Shown: positions 13,792-28,214, numbered from the stretch's first letter. The stretch is DNA of 64,000 bases from Octopus sinensis (GCF_006345805.1 NC_042997.1:189472001-189536000), one strand, 5' to 3'. Notes: a model not told the origin generated them from the sequence alone. Numbers and translations are program-made.

Positions 13792-14000
13792 TGTGTATGC
13801 GTGTTTTAGTGTCTATGTTTGTCCCATCACTGCTTGACAACCGGTGCTGGTGTGTTTACGTCCCCATAACTTAGCGGTTCTGCAATAGAGATCGATAGAA
13901 GACCTATTATGCATAAAACATAAGTACTGGGGTCGATTCATTCAACAAAAAAATTCAAGGTGGTACCTCAGCATAGCCGCATTCTAATGATTAAAACTAG
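13590..14000 (+). mobile_element. SINE family C
   Basis: Same head, microsatellite and tail layout as 8578-9035, more diverged. Confidence 0.8.
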
Positions 14001-14265
14001 AAAAAATTATGAGAAACAAAAGACTGGTTACCAATAAGCATAAAATAAAATATTCTGTTATAAAAATTATGTGGACAAAAATCATAAAAAATATAAATAT
14101 ATAGATATATAAATACATTAAAGATGCATTAAAATATGTGAATATATCAATACAAATACACTAAGAATTCATTAAGATTATACAAATATATAGTCCTACT
14201 TACAATAAAATCGATATTGAAAAGAAAGAAATAGAATCGGTGGAGTATAAAATCAGTGTAGAATG

Positions 14266-14515
14266 TTATAATTCCTCAAGGGTCAACAGCCGTTTCTTGG
14301 GGCATAGTGGTTCAAAGATATAATAGATTTTAAGATCTATTAATTCATACCACCGCATAACAAATGTAAACTTATCAGCATAACAAATGTAAACTTATCA
14401 GGTGGAAGCATTCCTGAAGAACGAGGCGGAGTTATGAATTAATGGACCTTAAATCTATTATATCGCTGGACCACTATACCCCAAGAAACGGCCGTCGGAC
14501 CGTAAGGACTTATAA
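14266..14515. repeat. Imperfect inverted repeat (arms ~90 bp) around a 23-bp tandem duplication
   Basis: 14266-14356 is the reverse complement of 14426-14515 (roughly 80% by eye); gcataacaaatgtaaacttatca occurs twice in the spacer. Confidence 0.8.
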
Positions 14516-14616
14516 CTTTCCATATGGATTTATTTTTCCTATTTTTCCTATGGCTCAAATGTCTTGAGCGCTTCGGTGTGTCCTCTGTATATAGAGAAAA
14601 TTTATCTCTAAAAATA

Positions 14617-14880
<264 letters not shown>

Positions 14881-16993
14881 GTACTTAGTGATTCTCTAAT
14901 TACTACTTTAGCAAGAAATGTGAAGTCTATTCTTGGCTAAAGAAAACTAATATTACAAAAACATGTCTATACCTGTCGAAGCCATTAAAATTACAGATAG
15001 TTCTTAATCTTAGGTTGCCGTTTCTTCACCGCATGAAATTCCGTTCTAAAGTTCAAACAACAGTAAGATCAGCTTTGGTTTTCTTTCTACGGTGGCTTTA
15101 CCAGAGCGTTGGATAAAATGTCTTGCAGTATTAATACCAGCTCTTTACGTTATTAGTTCACATAAAACGACACAAATTTCAAGTTGAATCATCCCTTGTC
15201 TTTCTTGGACGACATTGGTGCTGTTGGGAGAAGAGGCTTACTGCCTGGTTACTTGCTGGTTTCTCTGGTCTGAACCTCGGAGAAATACTTTCCAGATGCA
15301 GATACACGGTCAGTCATGATTGACAGATGATTTAAGGTAAATATTAAGAGAGAATATTTTATTTGACTAGCTTAGTTGCCTAACTAACAACATTATATAC
15401 ATAAGTGAATTCATGAATTATAGCACTTAAGCTTTATATTTCTAGGTTTGGTTTAAAACAAAAGTAAACTCTACAGAGGAATGGTCCTTCCAATTAAATT
15501 CACCACAAAGAAAACTGCGTCTAAGCCATCGTCTTCCAAGTTTGACTTTCTAAATATCTCAGACATTTAGAATTTCAAGCTGTAAGTATGTAGCAAGCTT
15601 CAGGTTCAATTATAAATAGAGGAAACTGTGTATTTATTTTTATTATATTCACCTGTAATTGCTGATCTATATAAACTGGTCATTCAAATGTATAGAGGGA
15701 TCTATAAAAAAATTATAAATTGACGTTTAAGCGGGATATATGTCTCATACGTCAATGGAGGCTTGCTGGTGTACCTCACTCCTGCTAGCTGGTTTGTGCT
15801 CAAATATGAGGCCGAGTATATACAAACAATTATAGCTAGATATAATAGTTAAGCTTTAAATTTAGAGCTGCTACTTTTATTTAGGGCTCCTTTATGGGAT
15901 ACGATACAGACCTTGTATTTGCTTAATACAGCATGTCCACTGCGATATTCATTCTGAACAAGGCTTGTAATTCACACGTTCTAGCATTCTGACATCAATC
16001 TTCTCTTGTACGCTTAACAGCAATCAATCAGTCTCCGCCCCTGCATTTCACAGAGTTGTTCATGGGCTTTTAGAGCACAACACTTACAGGTCTTAGAATA
16101 ATTTTGACTCGTAGATTTTAGATGTGAAAGTCATAGTTAAATAAGTTCAAGTATTTTCATCAGGAATGCAACACATGCCTTAGCAGTATACAGAATCTTT
16201 ACACATGACCCAAGATTTCAATACCTTATCTATACGGCATTTCGCATTTCCAGTAAAGCAAGCAAAATAAATACAAAATACATTTACCCTTTCTTGATAA
16301 CTAACAAATATAGTATGTACTTTTGTGAGCCTGAAATACCTTTTACAAGTGTGTTTGTGCTGCTGTTATTTGGACATTGCTAAATGCCACGTAAAATGAA
16401 GTAAAAATATTTACGATCACTAGAAACCTAATTCGGTTACGTTTCCTTCCCATTTCACAGACTTTATTAATATACACAATCACATTTATATATTTCGTTC
16501 GCTTACAGACAGGAAACAGACCCCATAGCTTTGAAAGCTGTTCAAAGTATTTAAACTTTGGTGTCAAAGTACTAACACAAAGGTTTAAATATATCTAATT
16601 AAAGTCTATTTTCTGATGTTCTAGAAGAGCTTCCCCATAAAATAGGGCGGTTAATGATAATGACACTAAATACTGTTACATCTAGACGCGACGCAACATC
16701 CGCTTGTTCTAGGTTGAATCAATAGAAGAAAAAAAAAATGAATTTAGTCAGAGTTTTTGTCCTGCCACAACACCCCAAATTATAAATTTACCAGTAATTA
16801 GAAATTTGGAGGAATATTATGGTTGCAAAATCCCGTCAGTTCGAATTAATTTCTATTTATTATCTTTTCCAGTTCAACTGAAAAATTCGCATTAGGAATG
16901 AGAATCTATTTAATGAGAAGACACATTTCTTATATCCATGCACACACACATACACACACATATAGATGTACAAAAATATATACATACATGCAT

Positions 16994-17030
<37 letters not shown>

Positions 17031-17071
17031 CACGCACACGCGCACACATATATGCACATCTACATACATCC

Positions 17072-17153
<82 letters not shown>

Positions 17154-17274
17154 GTGTCTTCGAAGACTCATATTGTCGTTCAATGCTCGAACTAAGGAGA
17201 AGATAGACAGCCAACAACTGATGAAGGGTCGTTCTTTATGTTACTTGTGTATATGTTACTTGTGTATATATGCG

Positions 17275-18365
<1,091 letters not shown>

Positions 18366-18490
18366 CTCATTTAGTTTTTAGTTCGTTATGATATGTGCTT
18401 TGAGCCTGATGAATATGATTGAAGTAGTTCTCAAAATTTGAAACTATTAGTAGCACATAAAAACATGTATTGTGTCTAATTCAACATTTT

Positions 18491-18564
<74 letters not shown>

Positions 18565-18566
18565 TA

Positions 18567-18775
18567 TAGGCGCAGCAGTGGGTGTGTAGTAAGTAGCTTG
18601 CTTACAAACCACATGGTCCTCGGTTCAGTTCCACTGCGTGGTACCTTGGGCAAAGTGTTTTCTATTATAGCCTCGGACCGACCGAGACCTTGTGAGTGTA
18701 TTTGAAATTGAAACTGAAATAATCCCGTCGTATATATACATACATACATACATATATATATATATACATACATAC

Positions 18776-18818
<43 letters not shown>

Positions 18819-18998
18819 AAGGGTAAAATTAATTAATCAATGATTTTACCAAGTAGTTCGGTATGTTAAAAGAACCATTATCGGTAACCTTATACAAAAA
18901 TTTGAGTTGAGAGTGTTACTGTCTGTAATTCCGATATGTGGTGAAGCAATTTTTGCTGAACCCTAATTATAATTATGCTTATAATTATAAAATTTTTG

Positions 18999-19043
<45 letters not shown>

Positions 19044-19048
19044 TTGTT

Positions 19049-19089
<41 letters not shown>

Positions 19090-19340
19090 GAGTTTATGTG
19101 TTTGTGTGCGTCTGTGTGTGTGTGTGTGTGTATGTATATGTTTGTGTGTCTGTGTTTGTCCCCCAACATCGCTTGACAACCGATGCCGGTGTGTTTACGT
19201 CCCCGTAACTTAGCGGTTCGGCATAATGGACCGATAGAATAAGTACTAGGCTCACAAAGAATAAGTCCTGGGGTCGATTTGCTCGACTAAAGGTGGTGCT
19301 CCAGCATGGCCGCAGTCAAATGACTGAAACAAGTAAATAT
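18567..19340 (+). mobile_element. SINE family C with another element (18815-19000) inserted in its internal (TA)n tract
   Basis: 5' half 18567-18730 and 3' half ~19140-19340 match other family C copies. Confidence 0.8.
18815..19000. mobile_element. (TA)n-inserted short element related to 26465-26795
   Basis: Shares tggtgaagcaatttttgctgaaccctaattataattatgcttataa with 26641-26690; another block is present in inverted orientation there. Confidence 0.65.
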
Positions 19341-21309
19341 ATATATATATATATATACATACACACACACACTAATGGACATCTTGAACCATAACACTAG
19401 GAACAATAAAATTATTCGTCGTTATGGAAATAGAAATTCGACATTGATTTAGAATTGTTTCGTTATAATTGCCAGCAGGTAATGTCTGCGTCAGGTGAGG
19501 GAAGAGAAGGCAATGCCTCAGAGATTATTACGTTATATTTGGTTGAAACAAGTGGGACTTGCTTCCAAGTGTAGTTGGCACTTTCCCGAGGCTAGCATAA
19601 TTTAGTATGGTATGTAACAAGCTTTGCTCTCTATACCGGCTGGTCCAAATGTGGTGCATCTATGCTTACTGACATGCTCCAGAGACTCATCTCACGTAGT
19701 TATTTAAGAGTGAAAAACAGACTGAATCCAAATGTAAGACTATTGCCATATTAAAAAGCTTCGTGATTATATACATATATATAAACAAATTCGCAAGCAT
19801 ATATTGTACGTACACATATATATACACCACCGTTATGTATCATAATATAAGGGGTTGTAAAATATATACAAGTATATATTATCATTTTGTAAACATTATG
19901 TGATAAAGCACTCAATACGAGAGTTGAGTGGTAAGATATATTCATTATGTTTTTAAAAAAAAAAATGACAGTCTACTCAAGTCTCACCAGGCAGCCGGCT
20001 GATCATGTCTGTGGCTGGAACGAAGAGACCTGCGATGTCTATAAGGTTAGGAATGCAAGAGATAGTTATGTGTAGGTGGAGGTAGTTAATTGTATTTCAG
20101 TATTTAGAATATTAGGATCATAGTGAGCCAGTGCAAATTACTTTGTTTTGTTGTTTTGGGAATTGGTATGTTTGAAAGGTGTGTCTGGTAGATTATGTTG
20201 CTTTGTTATTCTGTCTTGTGTGAGCGTGTGTACAAAGTGTGCGCAAGGACTATTAATTGTGTGTAAAATGCGCATACGCAAACAATTATACACAATTTAT
20301 ATGTCCACAGTGACAAACCTATAAATACACACATACACATACTCATACACACACAACTACACATACACACACTCACGCACATATACACACATATGTACAA
20401 GTATCTAAAAAACTTAATTTACTGGAAGTGTATTGGATGATTTCCTTAGGGTTATCTTTAGTTCTGGTTCGTTAAACAAGTGCGAAAAATCCAGATATAT
20501 TTTACCATCTAATAATTTATTCGGTAATATTATAACTAACGCTAGCGTAGACTTTTAGCTGTGAATGTACGATGTACCTCACCATCGCCAGTTTTAGGAT
20601 CCTTGAAGTATTAATTTGACATGCTGTTTGATATAGTCCCAGTTTAACCCCGGAATCAGCAGAGCAAAGCTGCTATCATTCTATATTTCATTCACAAATA
20701 GTTGAAGCGGATGGATTGTGGTATGAATTTGTATGTATAGATTGGCCATGGATATGTAAGTTGAAAGTTCGTCTCCATGATACAAGTCAATCCAAGGTTT
20801 CCTTATAAAAGAATTACAGTTGATAGTACGAGCAAGTTTTCATTCATCACACCATCGTGTATAAAAGCCAAGGGTAGTTTGTGGGGATTGCTTCCTTTAG
20901 TACTGTTTGGTTTTCTTCACAGGTTACCTAATAAGGCTTGGACAAAGCTTAGATATTTATGACGAGATTTGGAAGGTTCTGTGGCATATATACATGCATA
21001 CATACATACGTATGTACGTACGTTCCAGCGTGTGTGCATGTGTTTGTATGTACATGCGTGTTTATATGTGTATTATAATTTAATTGGCAGTGACATTAAG
21101 GGGCTGTTTAAATCATCAGCTTAGAATGAATAGCCATAACCTAAACATGTATTCCATATTATATTGCGGTCCTTTTTACAGTCAAGCGTAATGTATATGT
21201 AACGTGCGTATGCATGCATACACAAATACATACATACATACATACATACATACATACATACATACATACATACCTACATACATACATACGTACACACATA
21301 CATACATAC

Positions 21310-21467
21310 CAGCCGAAATTGCGAGGATAATTTGGTACTTCACTGAGGAAAGAAAACTTCGAATGACCCGTCCTTGTTTTCTTTGTATCGTCTATCTGGA
21401 TGTTTTGTTGTCCCTTTCTGTATCACCCAGCTGTCCGGATGTTTTGCGTACTTGTCCCGTTTTGTAT

Positions 21468-21470
<3 letters not shown>
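21310..21470 (+). mobile_element. Short probable PLE pseudo-LTR (family B hammerhead-like motif at 21343-21367)
   Basis: Homologous to the reverse complement of 17400-17540 and 33490-33620; microsatellite-flanked. Confidence 0.55.
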
Positions 21471-21542
<72 letters not shown>

Positions 21543-21544
21543 TG

Positions 21545-21755
21545 TATAAATATATGTGACCGCGTGTGTATCGTTGGCAATTTTCTTTCTCTGTCTTCCC
21601 TTCTTTGAACTTTTTTTATATTTCTGATGAAGAGCTCCGCTCGAAACGTGAAAACCTCTTTCTTTTCTTTCCTTTCCTGAGCATCCAGTAACACTGTACT
21701 TATTTCACGTCCTCGCGATGTTGTTTTTTCTTGCTTGTTCATGTTTGGATTGACT
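21545..21755 (+). mobile_element. Short probable PLE pseudo-LTR with minimal hammerhead core CTGATGA-A-GAGC-TCC-GCTC-GAAACGT at 21624-21650
   Basis: Core matches CUGAnGA...GAAA with a 4-bp stem II; reverse-complement near-copy at 26828-27050. Confidence 0.6.
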
Positions 21756-21790
21756 ATATACATATATATAAATATAAATATATGTATGTA

Positions 21791-21848
<58 letters not shown>

Positions 21849-21855
21849 ATCTATA

Positions 21856-21929
<74 letters not shown>

Positions 21930-22704
21930 ATACACATATATATAAATGTATGTATATATATATGTATATATATATACATAAACATACATAATACATACAT
22001 ACATACATACATACATACATACACACACACATATACATGAGTGTGTGTGTCTGTATATCACCTGATTACGGGATCGACTAGACTATTGGATGTTGCTATA
22101 TACTACTGGTCACAATGTACTGTGAATCGTTGTTTTAGCCTACAAATGATGTCACTCCATAGGCTACGTGAGCCAGCCAACATTCCCACTGATCGGCATA
22201 TTAATCCGTTTCAGGGTTAACCATTTACAACTGAGTGGACTGGGACAACGTGAAATGAAATACCTTGCTCAAGAACACGACGTGCAGTCCGGGGTCCTGG
22301 GATCAAACCCGAGATTCAGCTGTTGGGAGTGCAGCACCCTAATCATTGACCCGCGCGACTATAAATATGAGTGCATGTGTATACTTGTATGTGTGTGCAT
22401 GCGCGTGTGTATGCACGCACACACACACACACGCACACACACACACAGTGACATATATGCATATAAACCAATACAGTTACACACACACATGTCGAGAGGA
22501 GAAAAAAAGGGAAAGAGCGATAAAGAGAGAAAGAGGAGAAAAAACTTGAGAACATGTTCATGGTACATTCTTATCGAAAATATCGCATATAATTAAATAT
22601 TAAGTTGTTATATAATACTTTTAGGGAATTAGACATAAATTATCGTTGTTATGAACCGTCAAATTTACATGTCACAATTGATATGTAACTGATATTTATA
22701 TTGA

Positions 22705-22801
<97 letters not shown>

Positions 22802-22802
22802 A

Positions 22803-22843
<41 letters not shown>

Positions 22844-22921
22844 GTTCAGTCTCTGTCTGTCTGTCTGTCTCTCTCTCTGTCTATGTATGTATGTCTCCGT
22901 ATATATATATAATATATATAT

Positions 22922-22956
<35 letters not shown>

Positions 22957-23151
22957 CCGACGCACCACAACATATATAGCCACTAAACCTTTCTCCTTTT
23001 TTTTCTCCGCTGTTTATTTCTTCTGTTCCTTCTGTCGAAGAGCGTAGGCTCGAAACGTAAAAGACTTTCTCACTTCCCGAGCGTTAAACTAATACATCTG
23101 TTTGTTGTTTACACACTTGTCTTCGTCTTTTGTTTTTTCTTTTGTAAATTC

Positions 23152-23155
<4 letters not shown>
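22957..23155 (+). mobile_element. (TA)n-flanked short probable PLE pseudo-LTR, hammerhead-like motif at 23032-23059
   Basis: ctgtcga-a-gagc-gtag-gctc-gaaacgta; reverse-complement relative at 60368-60565. Confidence 0.55.
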
Positions 23156-23246
<91 letters not shown>

Positions 23247-23462
23247 GGTATGGTATAGGTATGTTGATGGTATAGGTATGCTTTTCATTAGAATAATCGA
23301 TGTAGTAACCGTCCATATTGAATTCCTCTGCGGGCAGAGTCCTCAACCGATGTCTGGCGATTTTCCAAAAAAGCTGTCACGTATTACATATTACATTTAT
23401 AAATTCCTCTATTTACATAAATCGAGGTCTCTTTCATTCTTTTGTTGTCTTACCATTTCTAT

Positions 23463-23500
<38 letters not shown>

Positions 23501-23519
23501 TATCTATATTAATATATAG

Positions 23520-25818
23520 TGGCAAAAACCACTATTATGCAATTCAAACAATGATAAACATAAACCAAAACATGATAACAGATAAAATAAATAACAAATA
23601 AAATATATTTTTATAAAACAGATCACAAAATGTATAAAGTTGAATAATCAATATATAATAAGGAAAAAAACTTCGTACGTTTCATGGCTATAATTAAAAT
23701 TTGAATTACAATTAAATTTTATTTTAATTGAAATGTACAATTTTAAATTATAGTCAATCTTCAGGTTAACAATAATATTTAAATAAATAAATAGAGTCAA
23801 ACAATATTTATTTAAAAAATAAACAATATAATAATTTTTCTTATAGAAGAAACTCCATTAACTAAATTTGAAACTTAGAGAATTAGGATCAGTTTCCTAC
23901 AATACGTTTATTATGTTAAATATTTAAGGTAAAAAAATAGAGTAAATAGAAAAATATATTTATCTGTGAAGATATAATTTAGCTTAAAAAAACACTAATA
24001 AACTATAGAATATCTTTAACCTAGTTATACTCCAATATTTAATTACTAAGCTATTTAACAAAACAATCACTATTAATATTTTTATATCTTAGTTCGCATA
24101 TAATAAATATAAAATAATAAATACTTAAAAATAAACAACTAAATTTTAATCAACAAATATAGTAATTAAAAATCTATATTTTTTCTATCAATAAACATAT
24201 AAAGATATAACCAATAAATAAATTAGTCCATTATTACTTACATAATTATTATAGATATCTTTAGAAAATATTTATGAATTCCAATTTAAAAATTGAAAAA
24301 TTAAAAATTAAAAACGTATAACCTATCTTTAATTATTACTATTATCAAAAACATTTTTACGATCTAGATCGCAAAGTGACTAACTAATATCTTAAAATTT
24401 ACGTTCAGATATAATAATTATAAACTAATAATAATTAAATAAATGTACATATCTAAATTATCATTAACAAATAAAAAAAATTATAAATTCATATTTAACA
24501 ATCAATAGTTATATAGAGTACAATAATATTTCTTAAATAAAAAAGTTTATTTATCTCTCAAAAAGCGTATCATTAACTAAAAAATTTCAAAACGGAAAGC
24601 GTCTTATTAAGCCTTTATAAAAATTCGTGGAATTACGTTGTTTGCAGAAATAGAACAAACAGATGGAAATATACATTTTATCAATGAAAACTACATATAT
24701 ATTTTAGCTTTAATAGATAAAGAGAATAAAGTCACTAATAGAGAATAGAATCACTATACACTATATCTTACACTAGAAAACTAAAAGTTAGAATTAACTA
24801 CGATAAATTATACTCATATCTCCATAAATTTATATAAATACTATTTACTGTATATTTTCTAATAATCTTATACAAATTTATTTATTTCATATATATAAAT
24901 ATGGTTACATTGGAGCCAAACCTTTATTTAAACAAAACAACTTTTAGACACATTCTATATTAACTCAGTACTTATTCAATCAGTATCTATATAATAACTA
25001 CTAATTAATAAACTTAAGTTAATTTAAAAACTATAATGTAATTAATATTCATTAATAAATTATATTAATTAAATAAACATCTAAATAAATCTAATTCGAA
25101 ATCTATAATACAAATACATTTTAACTAATATATAAAAAATTATTATAAACTATAATCTGTTATTTATAACAAATATATATTATATATCATATTAATATTC
25201 AAAATAAATGCTAAAATAATAAATTAAACTTATTATATAAGTAAAATAATTTATATTTAAATCAAATACTTCGCTCATTAAGTTCATATTATAAATAAAT
25301 AGTACATAAAGAAAACAATCTTTTACTACATATTCAAATTTATTTATTTAACGTTACTAAAACTATTACCAAAAAATATATATTTTTAATACTATTAATT
25401 TTAGTAGACATATAATAAGTATAATAATAATAACATTATCAACCACAACAATAACAACAAAAAATAATGAAATAACTATCTTTTAATCTATATTCATTAA
25501 ATGAATTATATATTTAGTAATTAAATGAACATCTAAATATAATCTAACTCTAAGTATTTAAAAAACATTTACTAGCTCTTATTGACTTATATTCAAAACA
25601 CCCTACAAAAGTACAACCACATCACTACTATAATTAATTAATTTATTTATTTCGTCTATTGAGAGCATTTAAATCTCAATTTCGTATGTTAATTTTCCCT
25701 GTAAGTTTGGAGTTATACTCCCTAATATTAGGAGTACTTTTTCGATGGCCGGATAACTGAAGAGATGGCGCCGACATCCGAAACTCGGAGTTATATCATG
25801 GCTATCGAATAATTGTCA

Positions 25819-25822
<4 letters not shown>
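23520..25822 (+). pseudogene. Extremely AT-rich degenerate Penelope-like retroelement (RT + GIY-YIG remnants, 3' hammerhead), flanked by (TA)n
   Basis: One frame reads D-I-x-x-x-Y-x-x-I-P (24254-24283), *KLKTxxxSLxxxIIxNIF (24302-24358; QxxG..SP..NIF if taa<caa, aaa<gga, tta<cca), FRYNN (24404-24418), KFI (KFT) and FLN (FLD, 24530-24538) at PLE-like spacing. YIKKT at 25303-25317 becomes YIGET after G>A reversal. A hammerhead lies at 25751-25797. All alignments are by eye. Confidence 0.55.
25751..25797 (+). ncRNA. Type I hammerhead ribozyme motif
   Basis: GGATAA-CTGAAGA-GATG(GCGCCGA)CATC-C-GAAA-CT(CGG)AG-T-T-ATATC: intact core, stem II 4 bp, stem III 3 bp, GUU cleavage triplet, stem I 4 bp with an A.A mismatch next to the core and one extra C before GAAA. 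Confidence 0.6.
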
Positions 25823-25864
<42 letters not shown>

Positions 25865-25869
<5 letters not shown>

Positions 25870-26060
25870 GTTAATCCAAACAAGAAAACACAAAAAACAC
25901 AGCAACGCGAGGACGTGGAACAAATAAAGTATTATTGGACACTCAGGAAAGAAGGGAAGAAGGAGGGTTTAACGTTTCGAGCGGAGCTCTTCGTCGGAAT
26001 CAAAGGAGAAGGAAAGATCCCGAGAAGGGAAGACAGAGGAAAAAAAATTGCTGAGGCACG
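25865..26060 (-). mobile_element. Short probable PLE pseudo-LTR (family A, core degenerate CCGACGA) at 25971-25997
   Basis: Homologous to 21545-21755 and 26828-27050. Confidence 0.55.
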
Positions 26061-26464
26061 TGCCGTCAGTAATTACTCAGGATAGGCAGTTGGTGACCTT
26101 CATGTAATAAAATATACAAAAAATAAGCTAAACACAAGCGCACGATTGAATTGTAGGCAGATTTACTTCTGAATTTATATCACGTAAAAAAACCTTGTTG
26201 TAGGAATGTACGCGACACGTGTACTACAGCAGTATTATGCGTAGCTTAAATACTGAGATTGAAAAGCAGAGACGAATTATGCCTACCTAATCTATAACAA
26301 AAATATATTTTGCATTTTATACATAGTAATCAAAGAAACCTTCATGGTTTTATTGAATTAGGTGCATATTTTGCCATGAAAGGAAAATGTTGCTATTTAT
26401 TTTATCCAAGGTAGGCACCGCCTATCTTGCCTACCTAGACAGCACATCCGTGATATATATATAT

Positions 26465-26795
26465 ATATATACAAAAATTTTATAATTATAAGCATAATTA
26501 TAATTATATATAGTTAATCAAAGCCAGGTGGATTCGTTATTTTGTTTCTCTTTTCCTACGTGAGTTGAGAGCACTGCTGTCTGAGAGATATTTTATGGTA
26601 GTGAAATAGTATTTAACGGCTATTTCTAAATTTCGGTATATGGTGAAGCAATTTTTGCTGAACCCTAATTATAATTATGCTTATAACAATAGAATTTTTG
26701 TATAAGGTTACCCATAATGGTTTTTTTAACATACCGAACTACTTGGTAAAATTATTAATTATTAATTGATTAATTAAGTTTACTCTTTATTATTA
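26465..26795. mobile_element. (TA)n-flanked short element with internal inverted segment, related to 18815-19000
   Basis: tacaaaaattttataattataagcataattataatta (~26469-26505) is inverted relative to ~26667-26703. Confidence 0.6.
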
Positions 26796-26827
26796 TTGAT
26801 TATATATATATATATATATATATATAT

Positions 26828-27050
26828 AATCAATCCAAACATGAACAAGCAAGTAAAAGCAACAACGCGAGGACGTGGAATAAGTACAGTGTTATTGGAC
26901 GCTCAGGAAAGAAAAGAAAAGAAAGGACTTCACGTTTCGAGCGGAGCTCTTCATCAGAAATATAGAAAAAGTTCAAAGAAGGAAGACGGAGAAAGAAAAT
27001 CGCCAACGATATACACGCGGTCACAAACACACACCCACGCACCCACACAC
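26828..27050 (-). mobile_element. Short probable PLE pseudo-LTR with intact minimal hammerhead core at 26931-26957
   Basis: Reverse complement reads ctgatgaagagctccgctcgaaacgtg; (TA)n/(CA)n flanks. Confidence 0.6.
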
Positions 27051-27257
27051 ACACTTATATATATATATTATATTATTAATTCAACGTGTTAAGCAGTCCT
27101 CTATCATTCGTGAAATGAACTAACTTATATATATGTATGTATTTATGTATGTATGTATGTATATATGTACGTATGCGTGTATGTACATATATGTACATAC
27201 ACACACACACACCACACACACAATATATATATATATATATATTTAATTATATATATA

Positions 27258-27301
<44 letters not shown>

Positions 27302-27321
27302 TATATATATTATATTATCTA

Positions 27322-27364
<43 letters not shown>

Positions 27365-28214
27365 CTTGCATATATGTGTGTATGCATGAGTGTAAGTATA
27401 TGGGTTTGATTACATCATAAGTACAGGGCAGAGGTAGATTATCACTTATTTTCCTAATCTCTGTGTATTTCATATTAATGGAAAGGCCTAAACTGTAATT
27501 TATAGTTCTATAAAACACATACCTTCGGTCATTATTTATATTTGTCTACCGTTGGGTTGAAGGGATTTTTCTAAAACTGTTTTTGTATTGCTTTCGTATA
27601 TATTTACTTTTTGGTATATCTTGAAGTTATAACATTCTCGATATATCTTATATATGAAACTCCAAGTAGATCCAGCTGCTCAATATTTATATAGCACATG
27701 AAGCATAACACTGAAAATACGTTACAAAACTTCTATTTGATTACGATAAAGGGAAATAATATAATTACAAACTAATTATAAGCATGTTTCCTATTTCCTT
27801 AAAACAAAAAGTATATCCGTCCCCCTCCCATTCCTTTCATTTTTAAATATAATCTAAACGATTTTAATTCTGTACTAATGCTTTGATGAATTTCTTTAAT
27901 TATTTTCCTTCGGTTTACAAATGAGAACTCCCAAAGAAAATTAATCCTGGAGTGTAATGATAGTTAGAAAGACAGATATGATTTACATTTCATGCTTTGT
28001 GGTTTTTTAAAAATCTGATGTTAAAAACCATATGTTTATTTTGTGTAAAACATGACTTGGAAAGTTATAATGTATTTTCCTGACGCTTTCTTTAGAATAT
28101 GATACGAGTGATTTCGCCAAATATCAACTAGAATTCCCTGACCAAGAACCATGCTTGAGGTGGATTCTGCAGAAAGGAATAGGAGTATATTTCGTTTTAA
28201 TATGTATATTACCT

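Noticed and set aside
15446-15581. Host exon between a tctag acceptor and a gtaagt donor
   Set aside because: All three frames contain stops before the donor.
23845-24700. Parasite gene with TAA/TAG = Gln code, or Polinton polymerase (KIRGITL at ~24620-24640)
   Set aside because: Any frame of such AT-rich DNA looks open if TAA is reassigned; the single polymerase-like peptide lacks supporting DTDS or other PolB motifs.
23520-25720. Nuclear mitochondrial insertion (NUMT)
   Set aside because: AT-richness and skew are mitochondrion-like, and ttatcaaaaacat (24342-24354) matches part of a 16S primer site. However, no further rRNA motifs and no sustained cox/nad/cob frame were found on either strand; PLE motifs and a hammerhead explain it better. 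A BLAST to mitogenomes would settle it.
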